64,000 nucleotides of DNA from Raillietiella orientalis (Eukaryota), in contig JAYWIR010000033.1 of the NCBI GenBank assembly GCA_036172245.1, positions 372,001 through 436,000 on the forward strand, written 5' to 3'. Both the position numbers and the translations under genes were made by a program. Below are positions 12,999-24,272 of the stretch, one piece after another. Numbering within the stretch: position 1 is the first letter of the stretch; the number at the start of each line of letters is the position of its first letter. Below the pieces are notes generated by a model. It was not told the DNA's origin. It did not search any database and saw nothing but the letters and a program-made list of their open reading frames with translations.

Positions 12999-14081
12999 GG
13001 ACGTGTTTTCTCGCTGTTCCTTGTGGCAGGAAGTCTTCCCCAGTGCAAGCGTCGTGTGGTTCGGTAGTCGATCAGGCAGCGATGCCTGACGCAACCACCA
13101 AGGATGGCCAGGGGGCAGCTTCAACGTCGCACCCAGAGGCGATAGAGGTGGGGGCAACCGCCTCCACAGAATCGGTCACCGCTGCAGCGCGGGCGTGGAG
13201 CGCCGTTGTGTCGGCGCCATCGCCTGCAGCTGCGGCGGAATTGTCGGTCTATTTGAAGGAGGGGTATAACCCCTGATTGTTCTACAAGGTAGGCAATCTA
13301 TATTCTTTAGAGTGCGCGCGCGCCTTTTCGAAGGGCATGCGCGCTCTTCATGTGAAAGAGGAGCAGCTCAGAGCTGTGACTATCCGCAGCGGGGGTCAGT
13401 ACGTTGAGGTAATCTGCAAACATGCAGAGCTGGCACAACGACTGCTTAAAACCTTCGTTGTGATGGCAAAGCGCACGCTCCTTTCCACTACGGCGGACCG
13501 CAGCATGGTGGTCCACCTGTTAGGCTTAACCGCGCCAATGCGCTAAGAACAGGTTCGCGCCGCTCTGGAACCGTTCGGAGCGGTCCACGTGCAGTGGACA
13601 AGAGATAGTCCTTAAATACACGGGTTGAGCGCGCCTCTGTGTGCAGTAACCGTTGAAGGCTGCTTCCCCTGAATGTTGGTCAGGCGGAATCGTAGACCTC
13701 TGGTATGTGAGGGAAGCCGGAATGCTCGGCTCAATAAGTCGGGTCCTAAAAGAGGTGTCCAACGTAGTGTAAAGTTTGACTTCATATGTGTGAAAGTGTG
13801 CTAAAAGCATGGTCAGTGTTCCAAATAACCTTAATGCGCTCTCTGGCTGCTGCAGGAAAAGGCTGGCTGTGGCTGTACGAAGGTTGTGTCCCTTCGCACA
13901 AGACCAGGCCACCTTGAGAGGGCGACCAGAGGCGAAAAAGTTGAAAGAGCCGGCCAGGAGACTAGGTGGCAGGTGGCTACGGCCGAAAAATGAAAGAAGG
14001 ACGGAAGATTAAAGAAAAAGCTTGCGTACCGCGAGAAAAAACAGCAAGCAAGCGAACAGATGAAATAATGCCGGGTTGTCG
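12999..14081 (+). mobile_element. Family A element A2, 5' part, degenerate ORF1
   Basis: 5' UTR aligns with 219-300. MPDATT..GYNP..FYKVG. More decayed than A1 and interrupted at the same point by W2. Confidence 0.85.
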
Positions 14082-16794
14082 TTTATTACCCGGTTGCATC
14101 GGGACTTTTATTGATAATGACAACTGGGAATTGTGTTTTCAGGCAAGGAGAACAGAGAATGGGAGTAGATTTCCCGGAACGCCGGCCCGGAACACTGAGA
14201 TTTCGGTAGGAGAGAGGGTGGGACAATAAATAAATAAATTGGTTGGAAGGGCGAGGAATACAGTATAGGGGGTATACAGTCTAACCGTTCCTGTTCTCAG
14301 AAACGGCGGTGAATGCCACCGATCACCGTCCTCACTTCTGCTTTCAGGTGTGGCCAACCGGCAGCCATTTTAAGGTTGCAGGCTGCGGTGTTGGGGACCG
14401 ATGTTGGGACTCCTTGCATCTGCAATACGTGGCGGGCTCTGACAATAACGCGGACGCAGCAGATGATTGCGTCGACCACTCCAAGAGGAAGACCGCCACG
14501 CGTGTAGAAGCGGCGCATCCAATCGAGTGCGGTGTGTCCGGGGTGCAGTAGTAATGAAGACAGCCGCCGCCACAGATCCTGGAGGGCACCGCACTCAAAC
14601 AGCAAATGCAGAAGCGATTCCACCGCTTTGCATTGGGCACAGTTCGGGCAAGCAACTCCCACGGAAATCAGGTGCGCCCGCTGGTTGCACTACAAACCCC
14701 AATGCAACAGCAGAAAAGCGTTTTGTTTCCACCGAACGAGGAAGAGAGTCGCGTCCAAACAAGCAGAAGGGATCACAAGTTCATCGGTAAGCACTTCGAG
14801 GAGCTCACTCCACCGTAGAAGCCCCTTTGCAAGAATGCGAGGTGTGGTAGCGTCTGCCACTTCGCAAGTCCGCCATCCGCCCAGAAGTCGGGTTTCGCCT
14901 GCAATTTCGCAGGTGATCTCCCACCTCGCCGGCAGGTCACTGTCATCTCGCACCATCAGTGCACACAGTGCTTCGGCGAGTGGCGTAGCGGCTAGGCGTG
15001 TCCATTGGTCCTGGTCTTCCAGCACCTCCCCCACTGGACAGTATGGGGAAAGTTTCACGCAACGGAGTTCCAAACGGGACACATCCTGTTGCGCTGCCCA
15101 GGACGATAATGCTTCCTGCCTCCATGCGTTGAAGTTCGTCGGCCGGCAGGAGATCCACTCATGCTTTCCCAGAAGAGTGGCGAGCTGCTTCAAAGGGAAG
15201 CCGAATCCTCTTTGGGCGCGCTCCGTGCGCACATGCAACGAACGTAGTCCATCGCCACCCGTGCTGCGCCGCAGCAGCAGCCGCGCTGGAGCACACCAGG
15301 GAGTAGTCCAGAGCTGCGCACAAAGTGCCAGCATGCGGAACTGCACTAGCAGTCCGATCCGCTCCAGCGTCGGGATGCCCGATCCTGCATCCCGCCGAGG
15401 AGCCGCCAAGTCCATCAGGCGTATCCTGGACCTCGCCGGTCCCTACAGGGCGTTACGCAACAGGCGTTGCGCCCGCCGCTTAGCCGAGTAGGAAGGGGGA
15501 CAAACAAAAAAGAGGGGACCGAGGAGGGGGGCAACGAAAATGTTCCACACGAAGGCCCGTTCCGACAGGAGAAACCTGCCGCCTTGGAACGGGCCCAGAG
15601 CAGTTTCGGCCTTCTGAAGGCAGTCCGACCACGCTTATGCAGGACATAAGGCGTCCAAGGGAACGCCGAGGTACTTCAAGCACCTGTTCGTGGGGATCCT
15701 CAGGAGGATCCAGTCGGACTGCCCCTCCCACGTAGAGCCAACCGGTACAACGGTTGATTTCGTCCTGTTTACGCTCAGGCCCGCTCCCCGACGAATGAGC
15801 TCGAAGAAGTCCTCAAGGTGGACATGGGCAGCAGCAGGAGAAGGTCGTCAGCATAGGCGGCCACGGCCGGTGTTCCCGGGCAGGAGCTCGGCAGGTTAAC
15901 CAGCGTCAGCCTGTACGCCCTCAGCATCAACTCAGAGAAGATGCTGAAGAGCAGGGGGCTTAAGCTGTCTCCCTGCCTGATACCCCGCCGTATGGGAACA
16001 CCGTATACGTGACGCCCGCTGAAAGAGATACAGCTTAACGCGTGGCGCCAGCAGGAGCGCAAGTAGGCGATGAGGTGCATCGGGAGGCCTAGGCGTCCCA
16101 GAAGCTCCAGAAGGAGGTCCTGGTTTACGCTGTCGAACGCTTTGCAGAGATCGACGGCGACCGCTAAGGCTCCCGGCGTTCCATCGTGCCTTGAACACCG
16201 CCGCTTTCCTTTGGCAGCGGCGATTTCGGCTGCCTGGCTCTGCTGCGCCACGCGCTGCTGCAACTCGAACCATGTTCGCGCGAAGAAGAGATTCGCGTCC
16301 ATGGACCGCCCCGGAACAGCATACGTCTGCTCCGGACTTACCAAGGAATCTGCGATTCTCCCCAGGCGCGCGACCCATAGCCTGGAGAACAACTTCACGT
16401 CCGAATTCACCAATGTGATCGGACGCCAGTTGCTGAGGTGGCGCAGATCACCGCCTTTCGGCAGGAGCCGCACCTTTGCTGAGCGGAAAGAAGCGGAAAC
16501 ATCTCCCGTCTCACGCATCAGCGAGGAAAGGCTTAGCACCAGGGGGACGAGCTCCGCCTCGAAGCACTGAAAGAACTCCGCGGGCAGGCCATCCTCCCCA
16601 GGCGCCTTACGCCTCTTCAGGCCCGCTATCGCAGAAGATACTTTTTCCGGCGTGAAGGGCCAATCCAGTCTGGCGCGTTCCTCCTCGTCGATAGCAGGGT
16701 TGCCCGTCGGAAGAAGCAGCTCGGAGAGACTGCGTTCCGTGGGCTCCTCCGCGTACAACGAGGAGTAGTAGCGCTTGACAGCGCGGTACACGGC
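14082..16794 (-). mobile_element. Family W element W2, 3' part
   Basis: ORFs 15775-16983 (RT, YADD), 14690-15415 and 14297-14662. Hairpin at 14082-14112. Paralogous to 1403-4126. Confidence 0.9.
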
Positions 16795-16879
16795 GGACGC
16801 AATTGTTGCGCGCTCCTTGAATGGGGAGTTTTTATTTTCTGGTGTTTCGTGTGTGTTTCGCTGCCGTTGACAGGCAGAA

Positions 16880-18493
16880 ATGCCTGTTAACGCCGCAGTT
16901 TCAGGTGAGGGAGGCGGGAAGACCGCGTCTCTCAAGCCAAAGGAGGTGGGATCACGCCCCACCACTTCTTCTGAACCCGCCACTACGGCGAGGGCCTGGA
17001 GCGCGGTGGCAGCGGCGGAAACGCCCGATGTCGCCGCCGGAATCCAATCCTACATCCAGGAGGGCTACAATCCGGCCCTTCTGTACAAGGTAGGCAATTT
17101 ATATTCCCCGTTAATTGCGAGAAAGTTCGGCAATGCCATCAAAAAGATGGGCATTGCTGACCATGAAATTCTTTGCCTCTCTATACGGAGCGGAGGGCAG
17201 TTGGCGGAGCTCATCTGCAAGGATGCAGCTCTTACCCACAAGATGCTCTGCACGCCCGTACAATTTGAGGGCAGGAATTTACTATCACACACGGTGGACC
17301 ACTCCATTGTGGTCCACCTAACAGGGACAACAGTGCGGATGGATGAGAACGCCATCCGCGCTGAACTGGATAAATGTGCAAGCGTTTTCGCGATTTGGAG
17401 AAAGCCCAACACCTTCGGAGTGAACGGTGCATTTAGTGGGCGAGTAGGCGCGCGCGTGACGCTTCGAGAGAGCGTACAGCTTCCCCACAAGCTCCAAATT
17501 GGCGACCAGTTGGTCCACATTTGGTTTGTGGGGAAACCTAAATTCTGTGGAAACTGTAAGTCGTTCGGTCATTTGAAAAAGCGGTGCCCGGACGCGGTTT
17601 GCCCAACGTGCGGCGCGAAGGGCCACACCAAAGTGGTGTGCCCGATGAACGTCGCTCCAACGCCGGAACTTCCGCAAAAGAAGGAAGGGAAGGCAAAAAT
17701 AGTGATAAACCCCACAAAAGGGGATCAGCCGTCGGCTCCGACAAAAGTCGCGCAGCAGGAAAGGGACTCGGTACAGGAGCTCCCGGAAAAGACTGCCGAC
17801 GAGGAAGCCTGGCAGCTGGTCACCCGTAAAGTAAAAATTGTTAAAAAAACCGCGCCCGCACCGGCAAAAGTGGTGAAGGGCAAGGGGAAGGTCGCGCCAC
17901 GCCCAACAATCAAAGCGTGCAGCGTGGCCATCAAACGCGTGCCGGCGATCGATACTCGCTCCGCTGACGGATCGATGCGACGTGACGTCACGCCAGCTGT
18001 TCAAGCCGCCGCCGCGCGAACGCCGACGCCGCGACAAAGTCGCGAGCCCAGCGTGAGCAGCGACGACTGGGACTTCAACAAGGCGGCGAAAGAGTTGGCA
18101 GCCATGCTCCAGCAGCCTCCCAAGGCCCAGAAGAAGGCCTTGAGGCGTCCGGCTGAGGCGAAAGGACCGGAGACTTCCGAGTCCGAAGCCGAAGCCGGCA
18201 AGGCTCCGGCTGTCGCTCTCCCGAAGCGCAAAGCGGGCCGCAAGGTAGGCAACCCGCGGCGCTCCGCACCTCCACCGGCGGAGGAGGAAATGCGGTCGGA
18301 CGACGACGACGGGGAGACGATGTCCGCGAGGTCTCGCGACTCCTCGCCGGAGACGTACCTGGCCAAGCAGGATCCTCCAACCACCACCACAACCACCGAC
18401 GGACCGCCTCCTTGCGAGCAACAGCCCGTCGCAATGGATACACAACTCCCGCCTGCTGAACAGCAGGCGGAGGACGGTAAGCAAGCACAATAA
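16880..18493 (+). CDS. Intact ORF1p (gag-like nucleic-acid-binding protein, 537 aa) of X2
   Basis: Open from ATG to TAA, with CGNCKSFGHLKKRC and CPTCGAKGHTKVVC knuckles after an RRM-like region. The only uninterrupted ORF1 I see. Confidence 0.85.
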   Translation: MPVNAAVSGEGGGKTASLKPKEVGSRPTTSSEPATTARAWSAVAAAETPDVAAGIQSYIQEGYNPALLYKVGNLYSPLIARKFGNAIKKMGIADHEILCLSIRSGGQLAELICKDAALTHKMLCTPVQFEGRNLLSHTVDHSIVVHLTGTTVRMDENAIRAELDKCASVFAIWRKPNTFGVNGAFSGRVGARVTLRESVQLPHKLQIGDQLVHIWFVGKPKFCGNCKSFGHLKKRCPDAVCPTCGAKGHTKVVCPMNVAPTPELPQKKEGKAKIVINPTKGDQPSAPTKVAQQERDSVQELPEKTADEEAWQLVTRKVKIVKKTAPAPAKVVKGKGKVAPRPTIKACSVAIKRVPAIDTRSADGSMRRDVTPAVQAAAARTPTPRQSREPSVSSDDWDFNKAAKELAAMLQQPPKAQKKALRRPAEAKGPETSESEAEAGKAPAVALPKRKAGRKVGNPRRSAPPPAEEEMRSDDDDGETMSARSRDSSPETYLAKQDPPTTTTTTDGPPPCEQQPVAMDTQLPPAEQQAEDGKQAQ

Positions 18494-18501
18494 ACACACC
18501 A

Positions 18502-19384
18502 ACGCGTGGACTCTCCTCCTGCCGGCGACTGCGCGTAATCTGTTGCAACGTCAACGGGTTGCGCGACGACGACAAGAGGAGAGAAGTGGCCGCCAGCCTG
18601 CGGGACTTCGACCTGGCGCTTCTGCAGGAGACGCACGTTCTCCACGCAGGGGAGGCCCAGGAAATCGAACGGATCGCAGGCGGGCGGCTCGTATACCAAA
18701 ACGGGAGAGACCACACCCGCGTTGTGGCTTTCATGCTGAAGCCAGCCGTCGTTAATGCGCTGCGCGACGTGCACTTCGACGGGGAAGGTCAAATCGGGCA
18801 GCTTGTTGCCAAGTGGTCCGACGCGATCGACCTCGTCGTGACCAACGTGTACGCGCCCGGCACGAGCCACAGGCGCGGGGAACGCACTGCGTTCTTCGAA
18901 GGCCTGCGGCGAGATTGGCTGGCCGAAGCACACATGCGAAAGGCGCACCTCATTGCCGGGGACTTTAACGTCCGCCTGCTGGCAGGTGCGCTTGACATTC
19001 GCGCACAGCTGGTCAACGAGATGTGCGCTGCCATGCACGCGCGCAACTTGTTGGCCGGTGACGCCGGGACGGAGACGAGGATCGACCACATGTTCCTCGA
19101 CAACCACCTGTGTTCGCGGGTGGGAAATCGAGGGGCAGTGCCATCCGAACTTTCCGACCATCCCCGGCTGGCGCTAGAAATACACCCGCGCGGTAGAGGT
19201 CCACCCTCCACAGCGTGGCGTTTGCCAGGGGACTGGTTGCGCCTCGCAGGAGCAGCGCAACATCTTCGCTCGTTCCTGCAAGGCTTCCATCTGCAGTCGC
19301 TCGCGAACTGGGACGACTTGAAGAGCTCAGTCCGCGAGTTCTGCGACCAGTTTCCCCTGAACCGTCTCCCTCCAGGTTTCGGCG
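18502..19384 (+). pseudogene. X2 ORF2 endonuclease domain, cut by the Y1 insertion
   Basis: CNVNG, LQETH, NVYAP, AGDFN, RIDH, SDH in one open frame that ends at GFG. Confidence 0.88.
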
Positions 19385-22300
19385 TTATCACCCGGGTACG
19401 CCCGGGGCGTTTATTTATAAAAAACCCTACAATTGCGGTACCTGGCCCCGCTCACCGCCTTTTGCACGGGACCTACCGGGACGCAGGGACGCAGCCCGGC
19501 GTGGCACTCCCCGGCAGCGAAAAGGGATAAGCAAAAACAGAAATAAAAACAAAAAGGCAAACAAACAAGTGAGGTTGGGGGGCAGGGAAGGGATCACTGT
19601 TCGCTGAGAGGGAGGCCCATCCGTTGAAGAAAGCCCTCGAGGTCCATCCGTAGATTCCCCAGTTGGGGCCATCCAACAGCTCTCCGCAGGAAGCGTTGGG
19701 CATATGGGATGACATCCCTCGCGTGTTGACCCACTCCTTCCTTGTTGGTGTCGCTCCATGCCTCCACGATGCCTCTGACGCAGCACAAGGCTGCAAAGGC
19801 AGCGGCTGGCTGCAGGGCGTCCTTCACGAAGAGGAGCCGAAGAACGTCTCTAGGGGAACTGCCCGTTGGGACACCGAGGTTCGTCCCAAACCGTTCCCAA
19901 AGGGGACGAAGGGCAGCACAGTCCACAATAAGATGGGAGAGCGATTCCCGCTCTCCGCACCTGACACACGCAGGATCCACAACTCCTCTTGTCCAGTGAG
20001 AGCGGCGTGCGTTGCAGGGTAAACCCCAATGCAACAACAGCAACGCCGACTCTTTCCACTTAAGGGGCAGGATCCTGGATTCCTGAAGAAGCGGGGGCCA
20101 CTTCAGCACATCCATAGGGATGGCCAGCAGCTCGCCCCATCTTCTTAGTCCTCGCGGCTGGACGCTCGGGGTCGTGGCGTCGGCCAGTTCTGCTGTCCAG
20201 CCGCTGATCAATTTTTCGCGTCCCTCGATGCAGCAGGAGACTTGCCACCTTGGCGTCCAGCTGCTGTGAAGTGCCCTTCTGAGGAAGGGCAGCGCCGTAG
20301 CTAGGAAGGTCGTGTCTGCCCACGTGCATCTTGCTGGACTCTCCAGTAGATTCCGCAGCGTGCAGCGGGCGTAGGGGCTGCATCGGCGACGATTCCACGT
20401 CTCGTGGCTTCTCTGGTTAACCACTGCCCACGTTCCAATATTCTCCTCCAGCCTGGCGGGGGAGTTGGCGAAGCAGAAAACCATCCAGCTGTTCTCCTTG
20501 GCCAATGTTGCCATGCGCCCGAACAGTAGGCCGCATCTTCGCATCTTCCGGCCACGGCTGAGAAGAAAAGACGCGAGTCCATCGCACCGGGACACACGGC
20601 TGGCCAGGAGGCGGGCCGGAGTGCACCAAGGGGTGCTCCACATCTTCGCTGCGATGGCGAGGGTTCGCCACCGCAGCTGCTTCTCCACGCGCTCCAGCGT
20701 CAGGAGGCCAAGACCGCCGTCCCGACGCGGAGCGCACAAGTCCTTCAGTGGGACTCGGGGCCTCCCCTTGCCCCAAAGGGCGATACGGAGGAGATCCTTC
20801 GTCCTCTTCTTCGATTTCACGGTGGGGGGGCAAACAAAAAGCAAAGGACGGAGGATGGGGGCCGCTAAGGCGTTCCAAACCGCGGCCCATTCCGGCAAGT
20901 GAAACTGGCCTCCCAGGAACGGGCCGATCGCCGTCTCGACTTTTTGGAGGCAGCTGGACCACGCTTCCGCAGGGGAGTAGTCCCCCAACGGCACACCAAG
21001 GTACTTGAAGCACCTCGCCGTGGGGATCATTAGACGGACCCAGTCCTGCTGCCCTGCCCACGCCGCACCTATTGGCACAACCGACGACTTCGCCCTGTTA
21101 ACCTCCAGTCCGGTCCCGCGGCTGAGCAGATCGAAGAAGTCTCCGACCGCCTTCGCCGGGGTGGACATTGGCAACAAGAGCAGAAGATCGTCGGCGTACG
21201 CTGCTACGGCGGGCGTGCCAGGGCACCAGCTCGGCAAGGGGGCCAAAGTCACCCTGTACGCTCTCAGCACCAACTCGAAGTAGGTGCTAAAGAGCAGGGG
21301 GCTGAGGCTATCGCCCTACCTTATGCCTCGCCGCACCGGCACGCCATACACCTTCTGTCCACTGGAACAGACGGTAATCATCGCATTCCGCCAGCAAGAG
21401 CGCAGGTAGGAAATCAGGGAGGGTGGGTAGCCCATGCGACCCAGGAGCTCCAAGAGGAGTTCCTGGTCTACACAGTCGAACGCCTTGTGGAGATCGACTG
21501 CGAGCGCTAGGGCACCCTACCCTGCCCGGGGGTTTCTTCCCAGCCCGGCTGGCGGCCCCAATGTGGGGTTCCCGACTTTCCCTATCCCTTTCTTTTCTCT
21601 TCTCTGCAGGTGCAATCATGTGCTTGCGAAGAAGAGGTTGCCATCCGTACTTCGACCGGGAACAGCATAAGTCTGCTCCTGGCTAATTACGGATTCTGCC
21701 ACCTGCCCCAGACGCGAAGCCCATAGCCCTGCTATCAACTTGGCGTCCGTATTTCCGATTGTGATCGGTCGCCAGTTCTTTAAATTCCTGAGGTCTCCTT
21801 CTATCGGAAGGCACCTCACTCTGGCTGACCGAAACGAGACGGGAACATCGCCTTCGTCTCGGATCAGCCTGATCTACTTAAGAAGCAGGGGTGCCAGCTC
21901 TTCCGCGAAGCTCTGAAAGAAGTCCGCGGGCAAGCCGTCTTCCCCTGAAGTTTTACGACTCTTGAGCCTTTTGATACCAACGAGAATTTCGTCGGTTGTA
22001 AAAGGCTCGTCGAGGCTTTCCATCTCCTCCTCCCCTATTGCCGGGGTGCCATCCGGAAGCAAGCGTCGAGAGGCGTTTCGATCCGGGGGCTCCCTGGCGT
22101 GAAGGGAGGAATAAAAACTCCGCACGAGATGCCGTACCGACGAAGGGGACGAACATTCCCGGCCCTGGTCATCCAGCAAGCTGGCCGACCCGGATTGCCA
22201 GGCTTGGCGTTCAGCCCCGGCGCGGTACTCGGCCAGGCGACGGACATTAGGGGTTCTCTGGTATTTACGAGCCTGTAAATAGGCCCGATGGTTGCGAGGA

Positions 22301-22720
22301 CCCTCGCCGAATCCGGAAGGCAGGCGGTCCAGGGGGAACTGCTCGCAGAAATCCCGGACCGATTCCTTAAAAAGGTCTCAGTCCTGGATATTCCGGAGCG
22401 TGACGCCTCTCAGGTATTCGCGAAGGTGTTCCTTCGCACCTGAGAGTGGCGTCCAGTCCCCCAGCAGATGCCAATCCCTGTATGGCGGTCCGCGAGGCCG
22501 CATCTCGAAAATTAGCCGGGAATGGTCCGACAACGTCGACACAACCCTCCCCCGTTTGCCGACGCGTGAACACAGGTCAGCGTCCAGGAAGACGTGGTCG
22601 ATGCTGCGGACCATTCCTTTTTCACCCGATAACAAGTAGCGCACACGGATGACTGCGCACAACTCGCTCATCGCGTTCACTTGTGTTTCCGGCTCACCTG
22701 TTAGCAGGCGGAGATTGAAA
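19385..22720 (-). mobile_element. Family Y element Y1, 3' part
   Basis: ORF 19594-21273 (YADD, KYLG, finger), RT pieces up to 22179 and EN C-terminal half 22378-22720. Hairpin at 19385-19415. Confidence 0.9.
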
Positions 22721-24272
22721 TTTATCACCCGGTCACGCCGGGGCGTTTATAATTAATAATAAACTGGTCAGGGACAATGTCCCCAACCAACAGAACGACA
22801 GAGAACATAGAAAAATTGCCGGCACGCAGGCCTGGTAAACAGACCGCTCGCAGCGTGGGGGGAATGAGGGGAAACAAACAAAAATCAAAAACTGGAGGGA
22901 AGGGAAAAGGGTTTTTGGTTAGGCTCCGTACTCACGGGGATTTAAACGATGAGCACCTCAAATGTTCCGGAGCCTATGGGGACGCGGGTGTAAAAAGAAA
23001 ATACAAAATTAGTTTATGGAGGGTAGGGCAATGATCACCGGGTTGGCCGCTGCTGAGGGTGTGTAAACCGGCGGTGTATTGCGGCGAGATTCCTTTTTGT
23101 CTCCTATGTCAAATGAGGCCATCTAGCGGATGATCCCTTGTAGAAGGATGCTTTGCTGATTAACTCTTGGTGCTGTCCGTTGATTACCAACGCCTGGCGG
23201 ACGGAAACTATCGCGCGTATGCAACCGATGGTTGCAATCCTTGCGCTTAGTGACAGCCCGCTCAGCGTGAAGAATCGTCGCAGCAAGTCTCTTGCGGTGT
23301 CCACGGGATGCATTAGTGCTGTTGCCAACCTACGCCACAGTCCTTGTAGGACACCGCAGTCCAGAAGTAGGTGCGGAATCGACTCCGTCGATCCGCACCG
23401 AACGCAGTTCGCGGACGCAAGTCCCCCGGAGTCACGATGCCAACGCTCGTTGCACTGAAAACCCCAGTGAACGAAAAGCAGCACGGCTTGTTTCCAAGCA
23501 AGGGGGAGCAGCGAACTGTCAATACACTGTGGAGGGACTACAAGTTCTTCGGGGGTGACAGCAAGTTCTTCTGCCCACCGGAGGAGTCCCTTTGCAGTAA
23601 CACGAGGAGTGGCGGCGTCCGCCAACTCACTCGTCTTCCAGGCGCCAAGGATTTTGGTTTTTCCCGCTATCGTGCCGGAGACCTCCCACCTTGCCGGTTG
23701 GTAACTGTCGTTTCTTGCCCTGAGGGCAGACAGCGCTTCGGCAAGAGGCGTGGCAGCCAGGGTAGAAAACTTCACCTCGTCCTGCAGTACTTCTTCCAAG
23801 GATCGTGGAAAAAATTGACGCAGGGGGCGAAGATCTTCAGAGCGTATTCCTTGGAACGCCGCCCAGGATTCAACAGACTCCTGCCGCCAAGCTTCAAAGT
23901 TCATTGGGCGGCAGGAGATCCACGAGTGAGCTTCCAGAAGTGCGGTCAACTGCCGCAATGGAAACCCGAAACCCCGCTTCCTGTATTGAGTGCCCAACAA
24001 AAGCGAGAGAAATCCTCCGTTGCCGGCGCATCTCCGCAGGAGAATGCGGGCTGGCACACACAGGGGGGATGTCCATAGCTGGGCACACAGTGCCAGCAGT
24101 CGGAACTGCACCTGCAGTCCGATTCGCTCCATTGTCAAGATACCCAAACCAGCATCCCGACGCGGAGCTAACAAATCTTTAAGGCGGATCCTGGATCTCG
24201 CCGGACCCCAGAGAGCGTTCCTGAGCAGGCGTTTAGCCCGCTGTTTTGCCGCATAGGGGGGTCCTGATAGCG
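22721..24272 (-). mobile_element. 5'-truncated W-related element V inserted in the Y1 endonuclease, 11-bp TSD
   Basis: ORF2 C-terminus 23104-24260 and hairpin at 22721-22752. GGAGATTGAAA at 22710-22720 and 24273-24283. Confidence 0.88.

Larger units (their letters stand above)
16795..19384 (+). mobile_element. Family X element X2, 5' part (intact ORF1 and endonuclease)
   Basis: GGACGC start, ORF1 16880-18493, EN from about 18502 to PPGFG at 19383. Confidence 0.9.
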
